From Octopus vulgaris (taxonomy: Eukaryota), in contig OX597826.1 in the NCBI GenBank assembly GCA_951406725.2, positions 4,278,001 through 4,342,000 of the forward strand: a stretch of 64,000 nucleotides of DNA, in the 5' to 3' direction. The translations under genes and the position numbers were made by a program. Of the stretch, positions 12,890-23,849 are shown piece after piece. The notes beneath the pieces are model-generated. The model was not told where the DNA came from. It saw nothing but the letters and a program-made list of their open reading frames with translations, and did not search any database. Position 1 is the stretch's first letter, and every line of letters starts with the position of its first letter.

Positions 12890-13308
12890 GTGTGTGTGTG
12901 TGTGTGCTTCTGCGCTAGTTTGTGTTTGATGAAACATGGAAACTGACAAGGTTTGAAATCACTGTTAATATCGTTTTGTCTTTTAACATTAAATTTTTAC
13001 CACCATCTTGTACTGATCCGTCGTTTACGAAAGTGATCATCCTTATCCTTTTCTTTTATTTAAAATCTGTATTATTATACATGTTCAATATACTCATTAA
13101 GTATATATATATATATATATGTTTTGGGATTTGGTTTGAAAGATTCTTTATATGAGTTCGTGTATTGAAGCATATTCTGTTGTGTGTGGGCAGAGTCATT
13201 TTCTTTTTATGCCTTATAATTTAACACACTCACCGGTAAAATTTCCACTTATTTCTTTTTTTTATCATCCTAAACTTTTCGTTGCATCTTGCAACCTTTT
13301 CATAGTCT

Positions 13309-13342
<34 letters not shown>

Positions 13343-13351
13343 CTCATGATC

Positions 13352-13432
<81 letters not shown>

Positions 13433-13444
13433 GGTAGGTTTATA

Positions 13445-13600
13445 TACGACGGGCTTCTTTTAGTTTCTGTTTACCAAATCCACTCACAAGGCTTTGATGT
13501 GCCTGAGGCTATAGCAGAAGACACTTGCCCCAGGTTCCTCGTAGTGAGACTTAATCCAGGACGATGTCGTTGAGAAGCAAGCTTATTACGACACAATCAC
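13445..13600 (-). mobile_element. SINE family A 5' half (similar fragment at 12720-12837)
   Basis: Reverse-complement homology to about 5720-5875. Confidence 0.8.
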
Positions 13601-14868
13601 GAGACCTGCGGTCCTGAGTTCAAATTCCGCCGTTGTTGACTTTGCCACTCACTTTCAGCGGGTGTCGATAAAAGGAGTAGACTCCAGTTATTGGGGTCGA
13701 GGTAACCGATAGCCCCTCCTCCATTCCAAACTTTCAGGCATAGTGTCTATAGTAGAAAAGTTATTTAGTCTAGATTAAGGCAACGGGCTGGCATAATCGG
13801 CAACCCATCGGACAAAATACTTAGTAGTATACATTTTGGATCTTAACGTTCTGAGTTCAAATCTTAGCGCAGTTAACTTTAACTTTCATCCTTTTGGATC
13901 TATAAAACAATTACCAGTTGATCACTGAGTTTGATGTAAAAGACAAACCCTTTCCTTAAATTTTCTGGCATTTTGCCAAAATTTGAAGACATTACGAAGC
14001 CTGTGTGACCAAGAGAAACACCCGTGTGGCAGACTCTATAGTATTCAGTGTCGTTCTTTCGAATTCTGATGTTCAAATCCAACTAGGTTTTAATTTGTCT
14101 ATCAGTAATATGATGGAGGTTGAGGGTGGTTGATTGGTAGACAGGTTAGGGAGTCGGACATAATATTCTTCGGTACACATTTATTATTCTTGGTACGATT
14201 GGTTCAAGGAGACTTTGTTTTTATATTTCTGGATTTGATAAAATCAAGTAACTGTGGAATACTGGGAGATGATATAATCGGTTATTGACCTGCCATCAAG
14301 AAATCAATAATACTGGTAATCTGTTGATATATATATACATATATATCGTTACCGAAATCTCAATAAATTTAGTCAATTAATCTGCATTGGTGCGTGGATT
14401 AATAGCTGTAATATTAGTGTTCAATGAAATTAAACTGGTAACCCGTTAATAGGTACCTATGGTCACCGAAGTCTAAATGTATTGAGCCAATTTATCTGCA
14501 TTAGTTTAAGAGCTAATAAATCTAATGTTAGAGTTTATTGAAATTAAATATAACAATTTCATTCTAGCCCTGCTAGCTTCCGCGCAAATCACTAAATGTT
14601 TTGTCTGCCGATTCTTACATGGGAACAAGAATTCACGGCTTAGTTTAAAACGTCACTGTGAAGACCAAATCAAATCGAAACTGTGTCTGGCCATCCGTCA
14701 GTGATTTGAGCAAAACCGTGTGTTTTTTTAAACGTCAATCTTTTAAAGAAATTTCTTCGTAAGAATAATATCCGAGATTGTGCCGTTCTACGTTTGTATA
14801 TACATTATAAATGTTATATACACTGATATTACCCTCCTAAAAAAATGTATTTTGATCAAATCACAATG

Positions 14869-15034
14869 AGGCATGATTCTCCTGCAAGAAGCTTACTTCC
14901 CAATCACATGGTTTCAAATTCAATCTCTCTGCGTTGCTCCTTGGGCAAGTGTCTTCTACTATAGCATCGAGACGACCAAAGCCTTATGAGTGGATTTGAT
15001 AGACGGAAATTGAAAGAAGCTATTCGTATGTATG

Positions 15035-15074
<40 letters not shown>

Positions 15075-15114
15075 TATATATATGTATAAACGTAAAGAAG
15101 TATGTACATATACG

Positions 15115-15156
<42 letters not shown>

Positions 15157-15412
15157 TGTGTGTGTGTATGTATATATATGTACATGTATGTATAAATACT
15201 TACCTGTGTGTGTCTGTGTTTGTTGCCTCCATCGTCGGTTGATGACCGTTGTTGGTGTGTTTACCTCTCGGTAACTTAGACCGTTATAATAAGTACTCGG
15301 TTTGCAAAGAAAAAGTCGTGGCGTCGATTTCTTCCACTAAATCCCTTTAAGGTGGTGCTCCAGCATGGCCGTAGTCAAATGATTGAAACATGTAAAAGAA
15401 TAAAAGGATAAA
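14869..15412 (+). mobile_element. SINE family A, diverged, with expanded internal (TA)n
   Basis: Colinear with 5710-6106. Confidence 0.85.
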
Positions 15413-15478
15413 CGAATAGCCTATATTTTGCTCGCGTACACCTTTATCTAATTATTTGAGTTTTATATATTTTTAGAA

Positions 15479-15853
15479 GCACTCCGTCGGTTACGACGAC
15501 GAGGGTTCCGGTTGATCCGATCAACGGAACAGCCTGCTCGTGAAATTAACGTGTAAGTGACTGAGCACTCCACAGACACGTGTACCCTTAACGTAGTTCT
15601 CGGGGATATTCAGCGTGACACAGAGAGTGACAAGGCCGGCCCTTTGAAATACAGGTACAACAGAAACAGGAAGTAAGAGTGAGAGAAAGTTGTGGTGAAA
15701 GAGTACAGCAGGGATGACCACTCCCTGCCGGAGCCTCGTGGAGCTTTCAGGTGTTTTTGCTCAATAAACACTCACAACGCCCAGTCTGGGAATTGAAACC
15801 GCGATCCTACGACCGCGAGTCCGCTGCCCTAACCACTGGGCCATTGCGCCTCC
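15479..15853 (-). mobile_element. tRNA-derived SINE family C, tail type 1, full length
   Basis: Head GGAGGCGCAATGGCCCAGTGGTTAGGGCAGCGGACTCGCGG...GGTTTCAATTCCC; tail ...CCCTCGTCGTCGTAACCGACGGAGTGC. Homologous to 27738-28115. Confidence 0.9.
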
Positions 15854-15856
15854 TGA

Positions 15857-15914
<58 letters not shown>

Positions 15915-15915
<1 letters not shown>

Positions 15916-16011
15916 CAAAACACCTGAAAGCTCCACGAGGCTCCGGCAGGGGATGGTGGTGATCCCTGCTGTACTCTTTCACCACAACTTTCTCTCACTC
16001 TTACTTCCTGT

Positions 16012-16017
<6 letters not shown>
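15915..16017 (+). mobile_element. Internal fragment of SINE family C embedded in (TA)n
   Basis: Inverted relative to about 15660-15760; bounded by (TA)n on both sides. Confidence 0.85.
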
Positions 16018-16048
<31 letters not shown>

Positions 16049-17599
16049 TTGTCTGGAGACTTTTATTTGCAGTTGAAGAAATAGCCAAATTTTTGGCTGC
16101 TATTTCTGAAAAGTTCGGTGTGTGGTAAAGTGAATTTTTTACTTTACCATATTTTTATAAATATATATATGTATATATATATATATATATGAAGGAAATA
16201 CTGGTTCCTACAAAGAAGCATAGATCCATTGTTGGAATCTGGATTAAAAGAAAATGGTAATGTGTGTTGCGTTTGGAAATTTAGGATAGCCTTACACATA
16301 TTCATTGTTTCGCTAACCAAGTGTACTCTTAAATTTCGTATTTACCGGTCCTTTTTTTCTTTTTTCTTTTTTTCTTTAAAAAATTTCTCTCTTTGTGATT
16401 GCTGCATAGATATGTAATAATATATAAGCGTGTGCACCAATAGTTATCGATATATACGTGAATTCATGATGTATATATATATGTATGAATATATGTATGC
16501 ATTTAAATATGCATGCATGTATGTATTCGTTATGTATATAGGTACGTATATATACATGCCTGTGTATGTATGTACGTATGTATGTATGTATGTATGTATG
16601 TACGTACATATGTATGTATATATGTATGTATGTATGTGTGCATGTATGTATGTATTTGTGCGGGTATGCATGCATGTATGTGAGTGTATACTGTACCCAT
16701 AAATGTGAATGTTTTTGAGAGACCTCGACATGGCATGACCGTTAAAGTTTATTTTTAATTCATACACCAACCTCTTGTCTAACACAGTTTCCTTACACCT
16801 TCTCTAAACTTTTACCACTTCGTTTTGTCAATAAACAAATGCTATTTTTCCCATGACCGAGTAGAAACTAAGCTTTCTGAAGAGCGCAGCTGTAGTACGT
16901 AAAGTTAAATATCCTAGAATATTTGAAACTTTCAGTATATTTAACCTTGGAAATATGAATAAGAAAACTTTTTTTTTTCTGGCATTATAGATTAGGGATT
17001 AGGGTTTTTCGTTAACACCAGAACAGCTGAAAGTTGAAGTAAATCCTTTGAACATTTGGTATTTCCCTTTAAAAGGTTTGGATTTAAATCTTATCGTGAT
17101 TTTAACCCCAATTGTTTAACAGGAATAATCACAGAATACAATTTTTTTTAACTCAAGGAAAAAAAGTGTAAGACATGACGTACACACATACAAACACAAA
17201 CACACAGGCACACATACAAAATCATACACACGCACAAGCACACACACACGCGCGCTCACACACACGCATGCACGCTCGCCTACACGCATACATGTACATT
17301 AATAAAAGTGAGGTAGAATTGTACTCCTAAAACAAACAGAACAAAACGGACCAAATCTCTAAAAAAAAAAACAAACAAGTAAACGGAAAATAAAAACGCG
17401 ATATTGAATAATAGCCCCATTACGTCCTGTGTCCAAAACTGGACATAGTCAACGTTGCCTTCTTCTTTTAGGGGCCGATAGAAGAAAGTAGCAATCAAAT
17501 AATGAGATCAAATTGATCAACTAAACCCTCCCACTAGTATTCCTGTGCCTATACTAGAAATTATCAATTACTTTACTTACTTTTTTTTTATTTTTTTAC

Positions 17600-17823
17600 T
17601 TGTGGCCATGCTGGAGCACCGCCTTTAGACACACAAACATATACACACATGCATATATACGACGGTCTTCTTTCAATTTCCGTCTACCAAATCCACTCAC
17701 AAGGCTTTGGTCGGCCCGAGGCTATAGTAGAAGACACTTGCCCAAGGTGCCACGCTGTAGGACTGAACCCGGAACCATGTGGTTGGTAAACAAGCTACTT
17801 ACCACACAGCCACTCCTATGCCT
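17600..17823 (-). mobile_element. SINE family A with internal deletion
   Basis: Intact head ending near 17823, joined through a microsatellite to the tail fragment AAAGGCGGTGCTCCAGCATGGCCAC. Confidence 0.85.
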
Positions 17824-17968
17824 ATGCATTACAATGAGCAAGATATTTTATATTCGCAGCATCTACAGAGCACCGAACTTAAAAATCCTTGTTTAGTAAG
17901 TGACTTCTGACAAATAACAACCCAAAGCTCACTCGTATAAAAATACTCTACCGTACTTTATAAGAACA

Positions 17969-18138
17969 CATTATTTACATTATTTACATTATTTACATAT
18001 GACGGATATTTGTCCTCATCTTGTTTGTTGTTAGCACAACATTTCGGCTGATATACCTTCCAGTCACGGGCATATGGCGTAGTGGTTAAGAGCGCGGACT
18101 ACTAACCCCAAGATTCCGAGTTCGATTCCAGGCAAAGA

Positions 18139-18198
<60 letters not shown>

Positions 18199-18377
18199 CA
18201 TCATCGAAAAATACCTTAGGAATGAGAACCCAGGTTCGAAATTTCTCCCCAAGACACCTGACGAAGTCTGGAGGGTATATCAGCCCAAACGTTGTGTTAA
18301 TAACAAACAAGATGATGACAAATATCCATCGAATGTAAATAATGTACATAATTCCTCATCTCTTAAATATAGAACTG
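17969..18377 (+). mobile_element. Short non-autonomous PLE derivative: inverted 3' fragment + tRNA-like head + (AAT)n + hammerhead + tail
   Basis: 17969-18064 is an inverted copy of about 18266-18345. The tRNA-like segment 18068-18140 has A box TGGCGTAGTGG and B box GAGTTCGATTCC. Homologous to the 3' part of the PLE at 21035-22145. Confidence 0.85.
18253..18298 (+). ncRNA. Minimal type-I hammerhead ribozyme motif (mutated copy)
   Basis: GACAC-CTGACGA-AGTCTG GAGGGTATAT CAGCC-CAAAC-GTT-GTGTT. Stem I GACAC/GTGTT, stem II with one mismatch, palindromic ACGT stem III. The G of GAAA is mutated to C. Confidence 0.7.
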
Positions 18378-19767
18378 TATAGTAGTTAATATAAACTTAG
18401 GCAGGAGGAGAACATCACGGCTTGACATCGAACATCTTTGATAAGCAAAATCTGGAGGTTAGACAACAGAAACGGGTCTTCATATTCCGAGTTTCTATCC
18501 CTCTGTATTCATTTATACCGTTCATCGCGTCGTGATTCGGTGAAATAATTTAACCCGGTGGCAAAATAATTGAGAGGTTTGAGCATCGCGGAATATAACA
18601 TGTACCACATGTTGCGGTGCCCTGCGATTCAGCCGAAGAAAGCTTTGCCTTTCATCCATCCAGTATCGATAAATTAATTACTACTCGTGTGGATATCAGT
18701 TCCTTGCTCTCACCCGACCTCTCTCTCTCTCTCTATCACTTTTATTCTTTCCATCTATCTATCTATCTATATACAGGTGTGGTGTTTTCTTTTGTGGAAG
18801 GTCGTAAGAAAACACGTTTTTCCCAAGTACAGGTAAGAGCTAAACGAGAGGCTTTGCAATGTCTTCTCACAGAAACAACTTCTATAATTACTTCATCGAA
18901 GAAAAGAGACACGGATTCTTGTTATGTTTCAAATCAGCTGACAAAATCATTAGAACTCTGGTCGAAATGGTTAGCAGCAGTCTTTCGTCCGTATTTACTC
19001 TCTGAGTTCCAATTCCGCCGAGGTCGACTTCCTTTTTCATCCTTTCGGGGTCGATGTAATCGACTTAGCTACTCTTACGTATGAGCATAAAAACTCTGCA
19101 TCCCCTGCCAAGCCATGTCGAGCCAGTGTGTCCAAGTAGGGTCATCAATCTACTATCTCAAGCCATTCCGTGTTGGAGAGAACATGCTGAGGTCTTTGTC
19201 TTGGCATAGACTGAACACGAGCATCCAATCCATCTACCGTAAATAAATATATTGGATAAGCGGGATTTGTGTCGAAGAGAACGAAGGTGAAAGACACGAG
19301 CCTTTACGGTTTCTTCTTATTCATAATTTTTACCTTTGTTGACTATAAATGAATTATTAACTTAGCACGGAGAACGTTTTCTGTTTTCGTTCCTGTATTT
19401 TCTTAAAATTTTATTTTATTTTATTTTATTTTATTTTATTTCATCAAATTATATTCACAGAATAAAATGCAATACGAAAGGGAAAGAAAAAGTTATCCTC
19501 TGTTGGAAATTGAAACCTGAACCTTATATTCAATGCTCTGCAATTGTGTCTCTGATACTATGTTGCTTGTCTCTTTATTCCTCTCAGAATAATGAGACAA
19601 ACATATTGTTCATTGATTCGGAAATCTTTTGTAAGGAATTTCCTCTTCTCTTCGATACAACGAATGATAACAGACAATTAAAATTCCATTTCATTATGAT
19701 ACTATTATACTGGGATTGTGTTCACGCTCTCTCCCCATCACTCTTCCCCATTTCTTCAACTCTCTCT

Positions 19768-19769
<2 letters not shown>

Positions 19770-19848
<79 letters not shown>

Positions 19849-19861
19849 CATCCATCCATCC

Positions 19862-19950
<89 letters not shown>

Positions 19951-19960
19951 CCTATCTATA
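19770..19960. repeat. (ATCT)n microsatellite
   Basis: Directly visible. Confidence 0.95.
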
Positions 19961-20119
19961 TATATATATCTTATTTTCCTTCTTTTTATCTCACTCAGCC
20001 TCACTAACGGAAGTAAGTATGTCGTTTTGACATGTTTCTTATTTTTATTTTATTTTATATTTATTTTTATTTATTTTATTTATCTCAATTTTGTTAATTT
20101 TCACACTTTCTGGGAAACA

Positions 20120-20280
20120 CTTAAAGCTCCGCTACCTACACTGTTACCAGCGCCATTATTAACCAACACTAGCACCATCACAAAAGAAACTGCCACCAAC
20201 GCCTTTACTTTCACTTTCATTTTCAGCTCAACTATCGTCGATACAATCACCAATGGTGCCAATTGTACCACGGAAACTAT
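20120..20280 (+). repeat. ~160 bp direct repeat (second copy about 22262-22418)
   Basis: CTTAAA.CTC.GCTACCTACACTGTTA...CCATTATTAACCAACACTAGCACCATCACAAAAGAAACTGCC...TGTACCACGGA is present twice. Confidence 0.85.
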
Positions 20281-20480
20281 CTCAATTGCCTCCAGCACCA
20301 CCACTGAAACCAACACCACTGCCATTACCATCTTACCATCAACACCATTGGTCGATCAACCGTCATGCAGCCTCACTTATATTGCTATCTCGGCCACTAC
20401 TTTCGTCATCGTCATCATCAACATCACCATCATCACAAACATCATGATTATTGCCATCGTCGACATCATCGTCATCGTCG

Positions 20481-20517
<37 letters not shown>

Positions 20518-21034
20518 TATGATCATCATCATCATCATCATTATGATCATCATCATACTCACCATCATCATCAAAATCATCATCAACATCATCACCGGGG
20601 CTGCCACTCCCAATCATCATTACCACCATCACCCTCAATTCCAACCATCGCGATCATAATCACTATCATCATATTTTATCATCATCACTATTATCATCAT
20701 CAACATCATCACTTCTACCGTCCACAGCACCACCGTTATCATCCATCACCATCACCAACATAGCTGCTACCATCATCAGCATTCAAATTCCACCGAAGTC
20801 GACTTTGCCTTTCATCTTTTCGAGGTCGATAAATCAAGCGCCATTTGAGTACTGGGGTCGATGCAATCGACTATTCTACTTCCTTGAAATTGCTGACCTT
20901 GTGCCAAAATTTGAAACCAATATTAAACATATAAACCCGCGCGCTGGTAGAATCGTTAGCACGCCAAGCGAAATGCTTAACGGCATTTCCTCCGATTTTA
21001 CTTCCTGAGTTCTAATTCCAACGAAATCGACTTT

Positions 21035-21198
21035 CATTATTTACATTATTTACATTCGACGGATATTTGTCCTCAACTTGTTTGTTGTTAACACAACGTT
21101 TTGGCTGATATACCCTCCAGCCTTCTTCAGGTATCTTGGGGAAATTTTGAACCTGGGTTCTCATTCCTAAGGTATTTTTCGATGTTGTTATTATTATT

Positions 21199-21264
<66 letters not shown>

Positions 21265-22145
21265 GTCGTCGTTGTTGTTGTTGTTGTTCAGGTCACTCGG
21301 AATCTTGGGGTTAGCAGCCCGCGCTCTTAACCACTACGCCATATGCCCGTGGGCAAAAATGGAGTGAATTTTAGGGCTTATAAATCTAATATTTCCCTAT
21401 CCTTCCTTAATACCGGTTCCCATATGCTACTCATATCTGCACTCAGACTGGTTAGGAGGTTGTTATGTCCTAGCATATGCTCTGCTTCTTTTTGTTTTCG
21501 TATTTTCCAGTGGTGTTCTCTGTCTATTATTTTAACTTCATCCCACAGTGGGAGGTGGTCTCCATTTTTCTGTACATGATCAAGCTATACCCGATTTATC
21601 AATCGTTTCGCTTTTGTATAAGCTGCATGGGATGGAGTGCACGCGGTCTTTGGTCATATTCTTTTCTACTGGTGGTTTTTACTCGAAGGAGATATTTGCG
21701 AAGTGTTGTATGACTCTTGAATACTATCCTGATGTCATATGAGCCACATATCTTTTGTGTCTTTTCGAAGAGGCCTTTCACATACGGTAGACAGACTGTG
21801 GACTGTTTGTTGGCCTTATCCTCTCTCTTCTTCATAATTGGAGTGGATAGTATACTTTTGGGTTAGTTGTTGCTTAACAGATCGTTATTGAGCTTCATCA
21901 TTTCTTCGTGATGTGTATCACGATTGCTACTTATATTCTTTGCACCATGTTTTAGGCACTGAGCAATCCCTCTCTTTACACTGTATGGATGGTGGGAATT
22001 GAAGTTGCGGTATCGTCCAGTAAATGTCGGCTTGAGGTATACGGATGTCCTGAAACCATACTTGGTGCGTGTTATTAATACGTCCAGGAATGCCAGCTGT
22101 AAATAATGTAAATAATGTACATAATTCCTCATCTCTTATAGAACT
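21035..22145 (-). mobile_element. 5'-truncated Penelope-like retroelement (RT C-terminus + GIY-YIG endonuclease, disrupted) with 3' tRNA-like/hammerhead module
   Basis: Minus-strand peptides LAFLDVLITR..FRTSVYLKPTFTGRYRNFNSHHPYSVKRGI, VCLPYVKGL, RVHSIPCSLYKSET (decayed GIY..YIG), and HVQKNGDHLPLWDEVKIIDREHHWKIRKQKEA, with a stop at about 21378. An inverted tail piece lies at 22098-22145. Inserted in a family B SINE with an imperfect 12 bp TSD GAAATCGACTTT/GAAGTCGACTTT (21023-21034, 22146-22157). Confidence 0.9.
21090..21135 (-). ncRNA. Minimal type-I hammerhead ribozyme motif in the PLE 3' region (mutated copy)
   Basis: GATAC-CTGAAGA-AGGCTG GAGGGTATAT CAGCC-AAAAC-GTT-GTGTT. Stems are intact; the G of GAAA is mutated to A. 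The partial copy at about 18034-18064 retains GAAA. Confidence 0.7.
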
Positions 22146-22654
22146 GAAGTCGACTTTGCTTTGCATCCTTTCGGGGACGATAAAAATCAGTACCAGCTTT
22201 GCACTGTAGTCGATGTAACCGACTTACACCCTTAAAACTCCGCTACCACGAACTTTCTGTCCTTAAAACTCTGCTACCTACACTGTTATCAACACCATTA
22301 TTAACCAACACTAGCACCATCACAAAAGAAACTGCCGCCAAAGCCTTTACTTTTACTTTCATTTTCAGCTCAACTACCGTCGTTACAATCACCACTGTAT
22401 CAACTGTACCACGGAGCTTTCGTAATAGTCATCATCACAAACTTTCGTAATAGTCTGCACCATGAACTTTCTGTTCTTGAGCCAAAATTTGAAACGAATA
22501 TATACGATTATGTCTCTACGCGATTTGACAGAAAAACGAATAAAGAATCGTTGGAGTAGTTCGTTGTTATAGAAATAATTCCGTACTACAACTTTCTAAT
22601 TTTAAACAGAAAATCGCCGTTGACCTTTACTTCGCGATTAAAGAAATAATCAAT

Positions 22655-23055
22655 ACAAATTTTGGCACAAGGCCAGCAGTTTCGAGAGAAAGGTTAAATC
22701 ATATAGATCGACCCCAGTGATAAGCTAGTACTTATTTTATCGATCCTGAAAGGATGAAAAGCCAAGCCCACCTCAATAGAATTGGAACTCAGGACGTAAA
22801 ACGGACAAAATGCCGTTAAGCATTTTATCCGATGTGCTAACGATCCTGCCACTTAGCTGCTTTAAAATCTTAATACAATACTAGTTTTAAATACATCGTT
22901 CTTAGCGAGCAATTGGTATTTATTTTATCGACCCCGAAAGAATGAAAGGCAGATTTGAACCCCGGCAGAATTTGAACTCAGGACGTAGAAACAGACAAAA
23001 TGCCGTTAATCATTTTGTCCGGCGTGCTAAGAACTCTACTACCTTGCCGCCTTAA
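22655..23055 (-). mobile_element. Two older SINE family B copies
   Basis: ATCGACCCCGAAAG.ATGAAAGGCA-type core present twice, diverged. Confidence 0.8.
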
Positions 23056-23218
23056 AGTCTGATAGTCTATTAGGAAAGATTATATTCCCTCCCGTGAGAA
23101 TAAGCGTTTCTTTTCTAACGAGGCGTAAAAGTTTATATTACCTAAATGAGAGGAAGTAGATACGGATCTATGTCAACTGATGATACAAGAAATATAGATA
23201 ATGATATACATGACAAAT

Positions 23219-23292
<74 letters not shown>

Positions 23293-23572
23293 GGGAGAGA
23301 GGGGTAGAGAGAGGAAAAGAGAGGGAGAGAGGGAGAGATTAAGAAAGAAAGAAATTATATTAAAGGTTATATTTTGAGTTCAACCCATGGTTTGGCTGTT
23401 TTTAATCACAAACAGGCCAACTGCGTACGAAACTCAGAGTAAACAAGTGAACTTTTGATAAACTAAATATATCTGTCTGTTTTACCCAACGCTTTGAGTT
23501 CTTTGTGAGACAGTGTTTGCACTACGCATGATATATCTCTAGATAAACATCACAAGTCATACATACAGGATA

Positions 23573-23608
<36 letters not shown>

Positions 23609-23849
23609 TGTACTGGGTGGCACCCTGGGTGAGTGTCTTCTACTTTGGACTCGACCAAAGCTTTGTGAGGGGATGTGGTCGATCGAAACTGAAAGAAGCC
23701 CGTAGTATGAGTAACTGTGTGCGCGCACGCGAGCGTGGGTCTTCGTATCTGCCTGTCCCCCTCCCCCAACTCCGCTTGACAATGTCTCCGTAACCAAGCA
23801 GTTCAGTCTAAGAGACCGAGAGAAGTACCAGGCTTAGAGCAATAAGTAC

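Noticed and set aside
12920-12972. TTGATGA-AAC...GTTT-GAAA hammerhead-like motif
   Set aside because: Core C is missing and the stems are AU/GU-rich; not distinguishable from chance.
15780-15853. tRNA-like sequences (also 18068-18140 and 52780-52854) as true tRNA genes
   Set aside because: No proper acceptor stem, and each continues into a multi-copy repeat body, so they are SINE-type heads.
19718-20659. 313 aa ORF
   Set aside because: Made of (ATCT)n, a low-complexity repeat and (CAT)n; no homology signal.
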